From Harriotta raleighana (Eukaryota), in the NCBI GenBank assembly GCA_050575255.1, contig JBNZDD010013636.1, forward strand, positions 1,267,762 through 1,329,461: 61,700 bases of DNA, read 5' to 3'. The notes below the pieces were generated by a model that worked only from the letters and a program-made list of their open reading frames with translations, did not search any database and was not told where the DNA came from. This document shows, one piece after another, positions 23,100-36,000 of this stretch; positions within the stretch are counted from its first letter, which is position 1; each line of letters starts with the position of its first letter. The translations under genes and the position numbers were made by a program.

Positions 23100-23430
23100 C
23101 TCACCAGCCATGTGTCAGCTTGACACGGTGGGTGACTCACTCTCTTCTCGTTCAGAAGATTATGCATTTAAGCCCAGGACAAGGATTTTAAACTCACGGT
23201 CTAAACTGAAACTCCAATGCAATGGTAAGAGAGCAGTGTGCGGTGCCTTAGCACTATTTGGAAAGAGAAGAGAATTTCTCCCTTTGTTCCTGGGCAACAA
23301 AACCTCCAGTTAAATTGATCATTCGTATCATGACTGTTTGTGGGACATTGCTGTGTGCAATTTGGCTACTGCGTTTGCCTGCACTTAACAGTCATTATTG
23401 TGAGGCACTTTGAGATGCATGGTGCTCTGT
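23100..23430 (+). mobile_element. Old Deu-domain SINE, internally deleted
   Basis: Degenerate head, GCACTATTTGGAAAGAGAAGAG, CTGTTTGTGGGACATTGCTGTGTGCAATTTGGCT. Confidence 0.7.
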
Positions 23431-23721
23431 CAAATATTGTTACTGGTTTAAATACTTTTTCATTCACAAGCATTCTGACCCTGCCATTCACAGTGCATGA
23501 ACAGACAGCCATGTACTGAATACTTGACTATTTTAGAAATTTACAATAATGGGACTAAGAATCATGTGCATAATGGTCAACTTGACCAGAAGCATTCTCC
23601 AATTGGCCATCTAAGCAATCTTTCTTGAGTTGTTAGCTCACAATTCATTAATTTCATTCAATATCTCATTCATTAGTGCATAGTATCCACTCCATTCTAG
23701 ACAAAGGGAAGTTTCCGTGAG

Positions 23722-23930
23722 TAATTATAATAATAATTCTTGCAATTTGATATGGCACCCTATCACATCATTGAGACATCACAAAGCATTTCATACAATA
23801 TACTGCACTGTGAAATAAATTGACTATATTTCTTAGGCCAAAGATGTCAGCCAATTGCACACAGCAATGTCCCACAAACGGATTTTCATGGGTTGAGTGA
23901 CCAAATATTTATCATTATTATTATTGTACT
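23722..23930 (-). mobile_element. Deu-SINE 3' half
   Basis: Tail plus CAGCCAATTGCACACAGCAATGTCCCACAAAC. Confidence 0.8.
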
Positions 23931-24333
23931 ACAAACAACGTTACATTTATGTATTACATTTATGTAAAAACATTTTGAAGGGATTATTGCCTCCACCAAT
24001 CGACCAACAACTACTTTACCACTTACTGCAAAGGTAAATAGTACTTGTGGAGTAAGGAAATTGGCCTACGTTTTTGTAAGTAGCACGCATATGTGCGTTT
24101 TAGTCTAACTTAGATGCTCTTAAGCATAATGATGGTATTTTGCACGCCAGACACTCAGCAATCAAAACGAATACTGTGGAAATGTTCATGCTTTGCCAAA
24201 CCATTGAGTTGATGCACACTTATTCCCTTCTAAATTTACCTTAAAAATGATATATTTAAATACTTTTCAATCCAAATACACTATTTATTTGGGTTATTTG
24301 ACCCTCAGGTCCAATATACTGATTATCCAGTTC

Positions 24334-24390
24334 CTTGGGACGTCCTACCGACGTGAAAGGCACTATACAAATGTAATTTTGTTGTTATTA
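24334..24390 (+). mobile_element. L2 tail-only micro-insertion
   Basis: CTTGGGACGTCCTACCGACGTGAAAGGCACTATACAAATGTAATTTTGTTG, with no upstream L2 sequence. Confidence 0.85.
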
Positions 24391-25197
24391 TAGAAGATTC
24401 AACTTGCTGGACTGACGTACATGCCACTTGGTGTTGCATTGAATGTCAGTCTGTGTAACATTGCTTACCTATCACCCAGCACTTTGAAGATTGCCGTGCT
24501 ACCATTAATGAAGCTGTATCTGTGCTGACATAATTCTGAACAATGGTTTCTTGTTACCAGCACCAGAAATGCTAGTTCTGCAACACCAATTAAAGGTGTG
24601 CAAGCAGCACTATTTATAAAATGCACGCTCTATATGTAGAGCACCAGCAAATAAAATCGAACCATAATACCATAAAGTCATTCAGTTCATCCGCAATTTA
24701 ACTCAACTACGTCTAGTTTGGATATTTATATCAGAGTGTCTGAAAGCTACCCTCAAATTAGAGTTAAGTACAGATATGTGTCATTGCAGTTTTCATGAAG
24801 CTATTGTGACAGGAACACTATTGAACCACAGGCAATGGATGTGGGGGGACCACATTAATAGCATAGTGATCAGGAAACAAATTTCAATGCACTGCAGAGA
24901 AGACAAAACTGAAGATAGCCTGAGTGCTTGAAGGACTCAACCTTCAACTGTGTCTCTCAGTTATTATAGCCTATCTTCTTCAAGGATAACAGTGCTCAAG
25001 TGTTCAAATGTTGCTCATATAAAACTAAGTGACTATGTTAAAAATATGCTAAAGTGGTTGATAGGGTGTAGGTCTGCAATTGCTCTGAATCAAATCTCTT
25101 GCAATAAAACTGAATTAAAGGTAAAACCAGCATATGCGAATTGTCTCTCTTTTGGTAAAACCAGCATATATGAACACTAAGACAACTTGACAATATC

Positions 25198-25800
25198 AAT
25201 AACAACAAAATTACATTTGTAGAGCAGCTTTCAAGTTGAGAGGACAAACCAAGGCACTGAACAGTCAGGGGTGAGGGCCCAAGCATGGTGAGGGTAGATG
25301 TGGGCCAGTGTTGGGATGAGGGAGGGTGGAGAGGTTGGGGAGAGGGTTGAATGCATTGTCGGAAAGGAGGGTCTTGAGTCAGGCCTTGAAGGAGGCAAGG
25401 GAGGGAGCAAGGTGTAGGGATTGTGGGATGAAGTTCCAAAGAGGGCGGAGGGGTTGGAAGTCCAACCGCCTATTGTAGGGTGGATTTGGCGGGAGAAATG
25501 GAGCAGAACGGAAGAATAGATTGATAGGGGGTCAGCAGGTCAGAGATGTAGAAGAGATTGTGAGGGGCTTGAAAGTGAGGATCTTGAGGAAGCCAGTGGA
25601 GCTGGGTGAGGGTGGGGGACGGGGTTACAGAGCATGGTGTGGGAAAGGACACAAACTGCAGAGGTTTGGATGATTTGCAGCTTGTGGAAGAAAGAGTTAT
25701 GAAGGCTGACAAGAATTTCCGTAGTCGAACCTTGAGGTGACAAATACATGAATGAGGATTTGGTGGCCTGAGGGGTGAGGTAGTGGCGGAATAGTGGCAC
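25198..25800 (-). mobile_element. L2 LINE 3' fragment
   Basis: Tail at 25198-25262; minus ORFs contain HKLQIIQTSAVCVL, TLTQLHWLP and YISDLL. Confidence 0.85.
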
Positions 25801-27967
25801 TGATGTTAACACACTACTTTTACCGGTTCACCTTTAAACTATTGAAATGTGTGCTATATTGCAGGATGCACTCAACCTGTATGATCCTCATTTTATTTAA
25901 GCGATTTCCAATATTGAGAAGAACTGATACTAAAATACTTGAATTTACATTTAATGCACAAGTCACAAACTATCGTTTTCTTGATGTCCTGCCAATGCAA
26001 TGTAAAGCAATCAGGTGGATTTGTGGTAACCAGGGGAAACGGCTGCAGGAAGGGAAGGGCTCCAGTCTAGACTGACCTGTTGCTGACCTGAATGCGGAGG
26101 CAGCTTCACAGAGGGCACTTGTATTTACCAAAGCCCATCACATGAGAATCTGGATTAAGCAGATGGTGCTGAGTAAGCCTGCTACACAGCATTGAACTTG
26201 GACTTTGAGAACATCAAGGTAACTGGCTTATCGCAAGCTGTCCTGTAAACGTCCTTCCCCCGAAAATGTTCATCAGATAGCTGATGAGGAGGCTTGGGTG
26301 ACATTTCCCAAAAAGTGTTACCTGGAGTCCAATTTTGTGAACAGATGTTCATATATAGGGAGCTTGGAATCAACCTTGGATCCCAAACTATGGATGTAGA
26401 TTGGTAAGCACCTGCTGCTCAAACTCTACACTTCCAATTGGTGCAACCATCGCTCAATAGAAAAGGACGTGCGTCTGAGCTGTGAGCAGGAAAATGATGG
26501 CAATGTTCTTGTGCATTGCTGAGATGTGCTGCTCACCAGAAAGCTCACAGAAAGTTCCTGATACCTTCCATCCACCGAGTGAGGGCACCTCGGTATTCAA
26601 AGTGTTTGAAAATACATTCTTCCCAGATCATAATCCACAATGCAGCTATACATGAAATTCTCTCTTTCCCTTTATTCAAGTTCCGCCTGAAAATCTTCCT
26701 CTTCGACCGTGCTTATGGCCCACCTCCCCCACCCAGCTCAGAGTTAGTCTATTGTCAAGCACTTTGAGATGCTAGCCTGCATGGAGGGTGCTATATACTA
26801 TACGTGCAAATTATTGTCGTGTTTAGACACAGCTAATAACCCATATGTCACACTGAGGCAGGAATGATATTGGGCTGCAATCAATTTAAAATATAATTAT
26901 TTGAATGATTACAAATGACACCGATAAGAATATTACTTTAAGTGTTTGTTGTTAAATGGTAAATTGCATTCCAAGGAAAATGAGCCATTAAGCATTTTAC
27001 ACATTTTCCAAGCCTTGCTCTTGAGGCAAGGGACTTTAAGCTGCACATTCAATGGCATGTCAAGCATGGAAAGGGATTCTGTGGTATAACTTCTAAATAT
27101 GTTATGAATAGGCAGAGTGATGAACCTTCAATAAATAACTCAGCTACATTAGAGATCAATCTAGCTCAGGTGACATTGCTTTGATTTGCCTCAACTTCTC
27201 CTTAAGCAGCTAAACTGCATGCATGCATCACCAAACCATTGGGACTTTTGCCCCAAGTAAAGATGGTGAGATTCACATTTGGAAACTTGGGAGTCTTTTG
27301 AAGTGAACTGTGCAACACCAGTTCTGCATCACTGGGCATTTAAGAAATGAAACATAGGTTTAGATCAAACCTTTTAAACAGGTTTTAAAATTACTAGCAA
27401 ATGGTGGACATTTTCCATCAAACATAATGGACAAAACTGTTGCTGTTTGTAGTGTGCATTTGGAACAACTGTGAAGTCAATATTGAAAACCTGACTTGTT
27501 CAGTTGTCAAGTCGATGAGGCAACAGCAGACAGAGGTCCCACACCACTCGTTGAGATGCAGACTGCAGTGCTATTATATTCTCTACGTCTGAAAAATAAA
27601 TTGCTTTCCCTAAGATTGAATTCCCTCCTTCCAAGTTCCTGTAAGCAGTCAAAATCATTTGCCAGCCTTTCACAGAAAATAATATCAGCTTGAAACCTTT
27701 TGCTAAATAGTGGCAGATTGTATTATGTCAGAAACACGGGTAGTGTATTTTAATTGAGAAAGCATATGTGTGCTTTTTTAAACATTGGCCGAATTCTGGA
27801 TCCTCTACTACTTAAATAGAATAAATCTAGGCCAGGGTGGAGTTCCTGAACATTACTCTGATTTTTCTGCTGTAATTCTGGGTCTAGCATTGATTGGGCC
27901 ATTTTTCATATAAAATATTGTAGTTCCATCAATCTTTGACCGATGTGCATTGAAATCCCTATTATTA

Positions 27968-28025
27968 CTTGGGACGGCCTCCCGACGTGAAAGGCTCTAC
28001 ACAAATGTAATTTTGTTGTTGCTGT
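27968..28025 (+). mobile_element. L2 tail-only micro-insertion
   Basis: CTTGGGACGGCCTCCCGACGTGAAAGGCTCTACACAAATGTAATTTTGTTGTTG. Confidence 0.85.
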
Positions 28026-28547
28026 TTTTACTGCTTAAGCCCCTCTTCTTTTGTCACTCAAACAGTTCCTCCAGGCTTAAGGAATGTATAAAGCTTTCCC
28101 ATTCCTGAATCCATAATCTCTCACTTGGGATGCTATTTCTGTGCTCTGCAACAATGCATTAGCTTCCCAGGAGAGTACTGGGAACAGATTCTTGTCTCCG
28201 CTTCAAGATGAGCGATTCAATTTAGATTAAGTTCGAGTTGATGTGAGAATGACAACAATTGGGAAGATGCCTTGCATGATTACTGAAATTTAAAGGGACG
28301 TGTCCTACCCAAATGCTGGACACATTACAAACAATAAGAGCATGCTTGTACCAAAAGTTATGATAACTTTTTTCTCCCTGATGTGAATTGCAAAACATCA
28401 CCATACTATGTTACGTCTGATCTGGTGTTATCAGAGATGCAAGGACAAGAATAGGCACTACTGGATGATGTTTATATTTTGCTCTAATCCTCCAAACTCC
28501 AGCCTGACTTTAACTAGCAAAGGAACTGAACCAGATCATGTGCGGAA

Positions 28548-28710
28548 TCGTAGAATTGTAGAAACACACGGCTCTGAAGGAGCTCATTCAGCTGATCATG
28601 TTTGTACCAACTCTGTGAAAGAGACATATGTTTGATCTTACCTCCAAGCCCATCTCTCATGTACTTTTATATTTTTCTTGTTCAAATATTTGTCTGATTC
28701 CCTTCTAAAA
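28548..28710 (-). mobile_element. CR1 3' UTR fragment
   Basis: GAATCGTAGAATTGTAGAAACACACGGCTCTGAAGGAGCTCATTCAGC is the antisense CR1 tail. Confidence 0.65.
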
Positions 28711-29079
28711 CCAAACAACTTGTCAAGGTTCTATACATAGGGGCCATCTCTCATCCCCCGTATCAGCCCAGTAAATGTACTGTACAACATCCAGTGTATT
28801 CTTGGTCAGATGTAAACATTGACGAAAAACATGATTCCTCAATCATACCAAGTATGGAAATACCCAGACTGTTTGTTGAGGAATAGTGAAAACATTTGGA
28901 CAAAACAAAAGTGATTTTATTCAAACAAAGAAAAGCAGTTACAGAACTGCTGGATAATGTTCGCAGTTTACCAATATAATCCTCTGATTCTGATACTATT
29001 TGGGGGGATTTTAAGCAGAAGTCAGAAAGGTAACACAAGGAAAGCTGTCTTTTGATGGCAAAGCATTGGTTTTCATAAA

Positions 29080-29590
29080 TAATTATTAATAATCCTTGCA
29101 TTTGGTAACACTTTTCATATTGGGATGATATCTCAAAGTGCCTCACAAGACTTTATTATAAAGTGTAGCGATTGTGCATTTGTCAGCAAACACGGCAGCA
29201 ATTTCTGCACAATAAAGTTCTATAAACAGCCATGAAGTCAGTGATGCAATTTATCCTGAGGATTGATGACTGGGATGACTAGAAAAAATCCCTTCTCTCT
29301 ATCAACAGTGCCATGGGATTTTAAAAGTCTTCCTGAACATGTAGATCGGACTTCAGTTAAACCATCCAAACAACAGCACCTTTGACATTGCAACACTCCC
29401 CCAACATTGCATTGCAATGTCAGCCAAGACTTCAAACTCAAAATCTGAAGGGCTACAACAATGGAATGCATTTGTTGTGCTGCTTTAGTGTTAACTGGTC
29501 CTAGTCTATGAGTTTGAAATCCTGACATGGAGCTTGAACCAACAACTTTCTGACTTAGACCAGAGTGTCAGTAACTGAGCCAGGCTGACG
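29080..29590 (-). mobile_element. Old long Deu-domain SINE, full length
   Basis: Tail AATCCTTGCATTTG, ACAGTGCCATGGGATTTT, and head GGAGCTTGAACCAACAACTTTCTGACTTAGA...AACTGAGCCAGGCTGAC. Confidence 0.8.
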
Positions 29591-29761
29591 TCTGATCCTT
29601 CGTTGTTGGTTCTTCTTATCATTGTGAAACAAAGTTCACCAACTGTTGGATTTTTCACCCAATACTGTAATAGAGAACTTTGGCTGGATTTACACCAGCG
29701 AGAGAAAGGCTTTTTACACGAATGATGATATATTATTGAGATAGTAAGCCAACAGTTGCAA

Positions 29762-30080
29762 CCTTTTTCTCTTGGTTGAAGAAACTATAACTAGGGGTCA
29801 CAGTCTTAAAATTAGGGGTCAGCCCTTTCGCACTGATTTGAGGAAAAAGTTCTTCACTCAGGGTGGTGAATTTATGGAATTCTGTACCCCAAAGGGCTGT
29901 AGATGCTCAGTCCTTGAACATATTCAAGACTGAGATTAATGGATTTTTGTGAAAAAAGGGCTTAAGGGATATGGGGATAAGGCGGGTAGGTGAAGTTAGA
30001 ATAGAAGATCAGACATGAATGGCAGGGCAGGCTCGAAGGGCCGAATGGCCTACTCCTGCTCGTACTTCTTGTATTCTTAC
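29762..30080 (+). mobile_element. CR1 LINE 3' fragment
   Basis: ACTAGGGGTCACAGTCTTAAAAT...TTCTTCACTCAG...GGCTCGAAGGGCCGAATGGCCTACTCCTGCT. Confidence 0.9.
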
Positions 30081-30402
30081 ATTCAATGTAAATAATTATA
30101 TTCTATGATCCACCAGGTGGATCTTGTGTCAGATTGAAAGCAATGTCTGCACTGCATAAAGTCAGTGAAACCTGATGCAGGACATTTAACTCCTTTGTGC
30201 ATTTAAGGAAAAGCAATATGAAACAAATAAACCCAAGAGATCGCATTGATTCATTTCCCCATATACAGGGGATGAGATCAAGCTGTAGGTTTCAGAAAGC
30301 TGGACAACCCACTTTTACAGTATGGTTCATGTACAGTCCTGTCAATCTTTGACTCATATGCAATGAAATTATGCCCCTCGTCTCTTGTCAATCAAACAGT
30401 GA

Positions 30403-30450
30403 CGAGGCTGTGAACAGTGAACAGTGTAAACAGTGATAAGTGACGAGGCT
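30403..30450 (+). repeat. Short tandem duplications (AACAGTG)n with AGTGACGAGGCT twice
   Basis: Directly visible in the sequence. Confidence 0.6.
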
Positions 30451-30610
30451 TAAGGAAGTTAAAAGGATTTTCCATTCTCCATCACCTGCCTCCACAATCT
30501 TTTAATTGGCAATGTGATTTCTATGATCTCCAACAAGGAGTGGATAAATTTATCGGGAAAGTGATGAGAACAAGATTTAATGTTTGGACTGTCTGGAAAA
30601 CCAACCCATC

Positions 30611-30642
<32 letters not shown>
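30611..30642 (+). repeat. Compound (AT)n(GT)n microsatellite
   Basis: Directly visible in the sequence. Confidence 0.9.
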
Positions 30643-32061
30643 ATCAAAAATCCACTTTAATGCATGTTCAATCATGCTTACCAATGTGGACCATTGAAAG
30701 CGAGAGAAAGATGAAAGGTAATGACAGGTTTCAATAATAGAAAAATTACGTAGTTAGATAAATGTTAAAATTGAGACAATTTTTAAAAATGTTAAAATAT
30801 AGAGAACAGAGTGAACAGGGCAGAGAAAACTAAACTTAAAAGAGGAAACTGAGTGAATGGTGAGTTCTGAAAATATGTTTTTAAAATAACCCTTCATCTC
30901 AAATTTTGCTTTATGTCTTAATTTTAGTGAGTTGGATGTAATGTACTGCTATACTTTCTCTTGAAGTCCGAAGATATTTAGTAATAATAACGGGTTTTAG
31001 TATTACACTGTAGGACTACAGTCTCCATCACCCTACCAGTGCCTAAGGTTTAAATGTAGATTTAACATTACCTGAAATACCTTCCATTCCCAGTTGGTCG
31101 ACCTTTTCTAGTCTCCATTCCTATAAACAGTCTGCAGTTGTGCAGTAATCCCATCACCATGGTGATGCTGTGGGGGAAGTTGGGGTGTAAAAGACACTGT
31201 GGCTTTTGGCGACATGTCAGCATTTAAAACCGCAGGTCTGTGATTAGTTTTTTTAGGCTAATTGTTGGCTGCAAAGCCTCTTTGTTTGGAAGCACTATTT
31301 AAGAATCTTTTTTGGGAAACCGATTAGTAAGTGCCCCTAAAATTGGTCATTCACTTCATAGCTGTTTGTGGGTCATTGTTGTCTGTAACTTAGCTGCATT
31401 GATCACCCACAGATACACACAACACAGTCTTTACACTTTCTAGTATATCATATAAAGCACTTTGAAATGTCCTCCTGATGTGTAAGGTGTTATAATAAAT
31501 GTAAGGATTAAAATGAGTACAATGTTTTTTCATTCTAATATACATACTGAAATATCGCCCTTTTCAAAATCTTAAGTTTTATTTTTTATTTCTCCGTTAG
31601 CTTTCAATTTCAATTCCACCATTAGCTTTCATGCCGTGGCTTCCTTACGCCTACGTGTGGCAAGCTGCAGGATTCTGACACTTTGCTAAAGTGGGAATTG
31701 TAAAGTTACAAATGGTTGGCATCCTGTTAAATACTGTACACAGCACTAATATAATTTGACAGTGTGCAGCTTCAAATCTAACTGCCAGCTTACTCTTATA
31801 AAATAGTAATATTTGCATTTAATTTGATGCACCTCACTAGGACACCTGTAAGGTTTGTTACCATGTATTTTGTAGGTAAACATGGCAGCCGATTCACACA
31901 CAAATTGGGAGTTATCAGTTTTCATCAGAGGGATTGTTACCAGGGGAATCTTCCTCCTCTTTTTGAGTGGTGCTGTTTAATGTTTCAATTGTACACGGCA
32001 TCTCAAGCAATGTAGAACCCTCCCAACATTGCACTGGAAAGAATGTGGCTTCTTCACGGTC

Positions 32062-32122
32062 AACAACAGCAACAACAACTTGTACAGTATAGTGCCTTTC
32101 ATGTCAGGAGAATGTCCCAAGG
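32062..32122 (-). mobile_element. L2 tail-only micro-insertion
   Basis: (CAA)n...AGTGCCTTTCATGTCAGGAGAATGTCCCAAGG. Confidence 0.75.
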
Positions 32123-32221
32123 CCCTGGACATTCAATGTTTCAGCCCGGATGCGATGAATGCATGAATGATCACCATCAAAGGTACGGTCAAAATGACCG
32201 TTTGACATGGGTCAATGGTAA

Positions 32222-32412
32222 GATAATAATAATCATTAAATTTAACGTCACATCTTCTAGACATCTCAAAGTGCTTCACAGAATACACTGCAGAGTGAAT
32301 TGACTATGTATGTGTGCGCGAAAAGTGGCAGCCAATTGAACATAGTAGTGTCCCACAAACAGTTATGAAGTGAAATGACCAATTTATTATTGCTGTTTTT
32401 TGGAGGGATTGA
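32222..32412 (-). mobile_element. Young Deu-SINE, 5'-truncated
   Basis: CTTCTAGACATCTCAAAGTGCTTCACAGAATA...GTGTCCCACAAACAG...GGAGGGATT. Confidence 0.85.
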
Positions 32413-32632
32413 AGGGGTTTGAGACGGAACTGGCAATGGAGGGAGTTGCAATGGGATTGGGGGCAAAGTGACTGAGAGGTGCAGTAAAGAGATGGATAGG
32501 GGATGGGGTGGGCACAGCATGCTGAGCAAAGGGGAAAGTTGAAGAGATAAGAGGTGCAAGTCCATCAAGGGTTTTGTAGTTGAAGATGAGGATCTTGAAG
32601 TTGATCAGCTGGAAGACAGAATTGGTTTAGTG

Positions 32633-33242
32633 CAGTGGCTTTTTAAAAGTATTTTTTTAAAGTATTTTTAAAGTATTAACAAAAAACATAAAATTGTTAA
32701 AAAATTATTAAAATTGTGTTAACCAATTAATGTACTTACATTTACAATTCCAAGCAATAGGCATTTCCTATAGTATTTTCTGCATTTGGTTTTTTACATG
32801 CTATTTCTCTACTTAAATTGGCCTCACTCTCTGTACTTGAACTTGCTTCACTATCTCTGTCTTTTCTCTTGAAACCGGTTAAGAACTTCTCCATCTCTTC
32901 AAAGGTTCTCAGTACAGATAAAGCCACTAAATGTCATTCTTGAAAAGTGCATTTTTCCCATAAGAATGAATATAAACACTGGAGTTAAGTTCTTTTGAAC
33001 ATTTTTCATCAAAATATTCTTTAAAAATTCATACTCGTTCGCTGACTGCCTGCCAGGTTTACTCATTCGCTCCCTGACTTCTTGTCCAGCTCACTCACTC
33101 GCTGCTGGTCTCACTCGCTGCCGGCCTCTTTTCCACCCACTGGCGAACAATGTATTAGAGAACATTGCAATGTTACCTATAATAAGAACAATAACAGCCA
33201 TGCCCCCCAAGGGGGAAGTGCCCCACAGTTTGGAAACCACTG
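32633..33242 (-). mobile_element. Non-autonomous hAT-Charlie/Buster-like DNA transposon (610 bp)
   Basis: Perfect 8 bp TSD GTTTAGTG (32625-32632, 33243-33250); termini CAGTGG...CCACTG, one end reading CAGTGGTTTCCAAACTGTGGGG; minus-strand remnant MEKFLTGFKRK...(frameshift)RKYYRKCLLLGI resembles a Buster-type transposase N-terminus. Confidence 0.85.
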
Positions 33243-33738
33243 GTTTAGTGACACTTTGAAAATTAAACTTGAAATAAAATAGCTTTGACATAGGTTAGGT
33301 ACAGGGAGAGAATACCACAAGAGGCTTTGGATGGATGAAAGCAGAAACAAATTAAGTTGTGAAGTATTGGAGATTGAAGACGTAACCCTGTTACTCACAT
33401 GGTTTAGATGGATTTGTTTTCTTTTAGCTTGTTAAAACAGGAGAATCATTTCCTAGAATGGGAATAAAATGAATTCATTTGCTAATTGTAAATCGCAACC
33501 ATGGTTAATATCCTCCCTTGAGCAGAAAAGATCTCCCAAATTGTCTCCCTCAAGCTCCAGAGAAAGTGATTAGAGAATGGTGGTCATACGTTCAACGACT
33601 ATGCTCTGAAGAGGAAATCTCTACCCCAATCACTCGGCCTTACCTCCTCTTTCTCCTGTTTTAAATCATTGGTTGTTGTATAGAGAAAGTGGAATGAAGC
33701 AGGGTTGAACCATACAATGAGTCAGAGAACCAGAGATT

Positions 33739-33932
33739 TAATAATAATAATAATCCTTGCATTTTATATAGTGTTTTTCACATCTTCAAAACATCTCAAA
33801 GTACTTCATAGAATATACTGTAAAGTGAATTGACTGTATATATGTGGCCAAAATGAGGCAGCCAATTGCGCACCGCAGTGTCCCATAAACAGTCATGGAT
33901 TGAAATGACCAATTGGTCACTTAATTTTTTTT
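33739..33932 (-). mobile_element. Young Deu-SINE, 5'-truncated
   Basis: (ATA)nATCCTTGCATTTT...GGCAGCCAATTGCGCACCGCAGTGTCCC. Confidence 0.9.
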
Positions 33933-34699
33933 TGAGCTACAGTATTCCACAAGTAAGTGCACAAACATTCAAACATAGTGTGATACAAGCAACAGTAAAA
34001 CAAAATGCATATATTAATATTTGGTCATATTCAAAGACTTGCATGACAGAACTCTTGTCATTTGGCATCCAAACAGAGTTGTAGCAGGCATCACCAGTAT
34101 GAGGCAATCAGTAAAGCCTATGAAGTAACAGCTTTTGTCTAGGCAATCCCTGTATAGTTAGTCAGTTTCTGATCATTAATTGGTTGTAGGATATGGTACA
34201 GAGTCCGTAGTCTGTAGGAAATGCCATTCACATTCATGGATGTTTTTACTGGTGACAATTCAGCAGCAAATCCACTGTGGAGTGTGGTTTGGGATGTTAA
34301 GGTCATTGTAACTTGAAGTCCAAGGTGATGATAATTTATGGATCACTCCACTGTTAATCAGAGCTTCCATCATGAGAGAAATATTAGAGTTGACGTATGT
34401 TGGAAGAGTGAATATATACTGTAAACCCATTGCTTATTTTTAAAAGCCATATTTTCAAATACTGCATTTCAAAACAGATTCCATTTTTAAGCAAGCTTAT
34501 ATTATTACCTTATTCCACTTTTTCTAGAGATTGGTCACTGGGAGCAAGAATTCTTCCCTGTCAGTTCATATTAAGCTTGCATGGGCAGGTTGATCCTAGA
34601 TGGACAAGCAATAGCCAAACAACCACTGTGGTAATAACTGGTTGGCCTGTATTGTAGCACAGTGCACACTCTGGGATCCTCAAGCCTTGGGGTTCATCA

Positions 34700-34862
34700 A
34701 ACTGGGTCTAATACACTCAGAAATTAGGTAAGCCCAAAGTGTGCATTCCACAGAGAAATTTCCATGTGTAAGTTGCATACATATGTGGAACTCCCATCTG
34801 GTTTGGATACTCTTAAGAATGCCAATGGGATTCCGCATGTGTCAACACCCGGTTGATCAAAT
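34700..34862 (+). repeat. Unclassified dispersed repeat (also 24108-24170 +, 36335-36530 -, 39697-39760 +)
   Basis: Shared core TTGGATACTCTTAAGMAT...ATGG...ACACCCGGYTGAYCAAA in four places. Confidence 0.7.
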
Positions 34863-35654
34863 GAAATTCTCTAGCAATCTACTTAAATGCCTTTATATCC
34901 AATTTATGAGTATTCATTAATTGCAATTTTTAATGGACATCCGATTCCTGACAAACACAATATTTTCTCCATAAAATCAGAAGCATCCCTCTTTACCTTA
35001 GTCATTCATTTAGGAATATTCACAATAACGTGTACAGTGAAAATTGTTAAAGATACAACATCCTTGCCTTTACTGTTAACTTTTCTACGATTTTACATCT
35101 GTAATTCTTAAAGGGCACATTTGTTCTTTATTGGTTTAATCTATAACAAATATATTCAATAAATCTCCAATTTCCCCAAATGTGCATTGTAAGTTACTTT
35201 CAGTTATTCTTTTTTGATTAACATTTGGCATCACTTTTTAAATTTCCTCTCATACATTTTCCAATGCACCTCCTTTTTTCTTAAATAATTAAAACCTCTT
35301 GTTTTTCCTTCATTCTTTTTCTGACCTTGTGTGTTTGTTGCTGTAAGAGAAGCTGCATTGGATTCCAGCAGGATAGAGATGTGGGAAACACATATACTTT
35401 ACCTCATATGTGTGATAGAACTTGCAAGGGAGAAAATGATTTAGCAATATCAGTCAATTCTTCGCAAAAACACATCAAGAAAGACAGCAAATGCAAAAGT
35501 GGAAAAAAAACTTCATTGCTAAATCAGTTCAGTTCAAATCCACACATGTTATATTCAAGCTCTATAGTTCTGTAGATAGGCTGCACATTTTCCATGTACA
35601 GTTGTGATTGCCCAGACACTATCAATAATGCATAGGAGAGAGAATTCAGAAGAA

Positions 35655-36000
35655 AGCAATAAAGGCTTTCCCCGGTGTTTAGAGGGATGAGCTATGAGCA
35701 ATGATTAGACAAACGAGGGTTCTTCAGTCTTGAAAGGCGATGTCTTAGGGGACTGTTTAAAGCTAATATAAGATTTTACAGCTAATTTAGAAATTAGAAC
35801 TTTAATGCAGAACTTTAAGATTATCTTAGACAACAGAAAAAGAAGACACAATTTTTGGGTTGCAAAAAGAAATTTATGGAGAGACATGGGGAAGTTTTTT
35901 TTACTCAGAGGTAATTATTGACTGGAACATATTACAAAGACGTGTTGTTGAGGCCAGGGTGCTGGGCTCATTTAATGGGGCTGTGATAGGAAGATGGTAG
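35655..36000 (+). mobile_element. Old CR1 3' fragment
   Basis: AGAGGGATGAGCTATGAG...TTCAGTCTTGAAAGG...TTTACTCAGAGGTAATT..TGGAACA; a related copy lies at 43095-43355. Confidence 0.65.
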
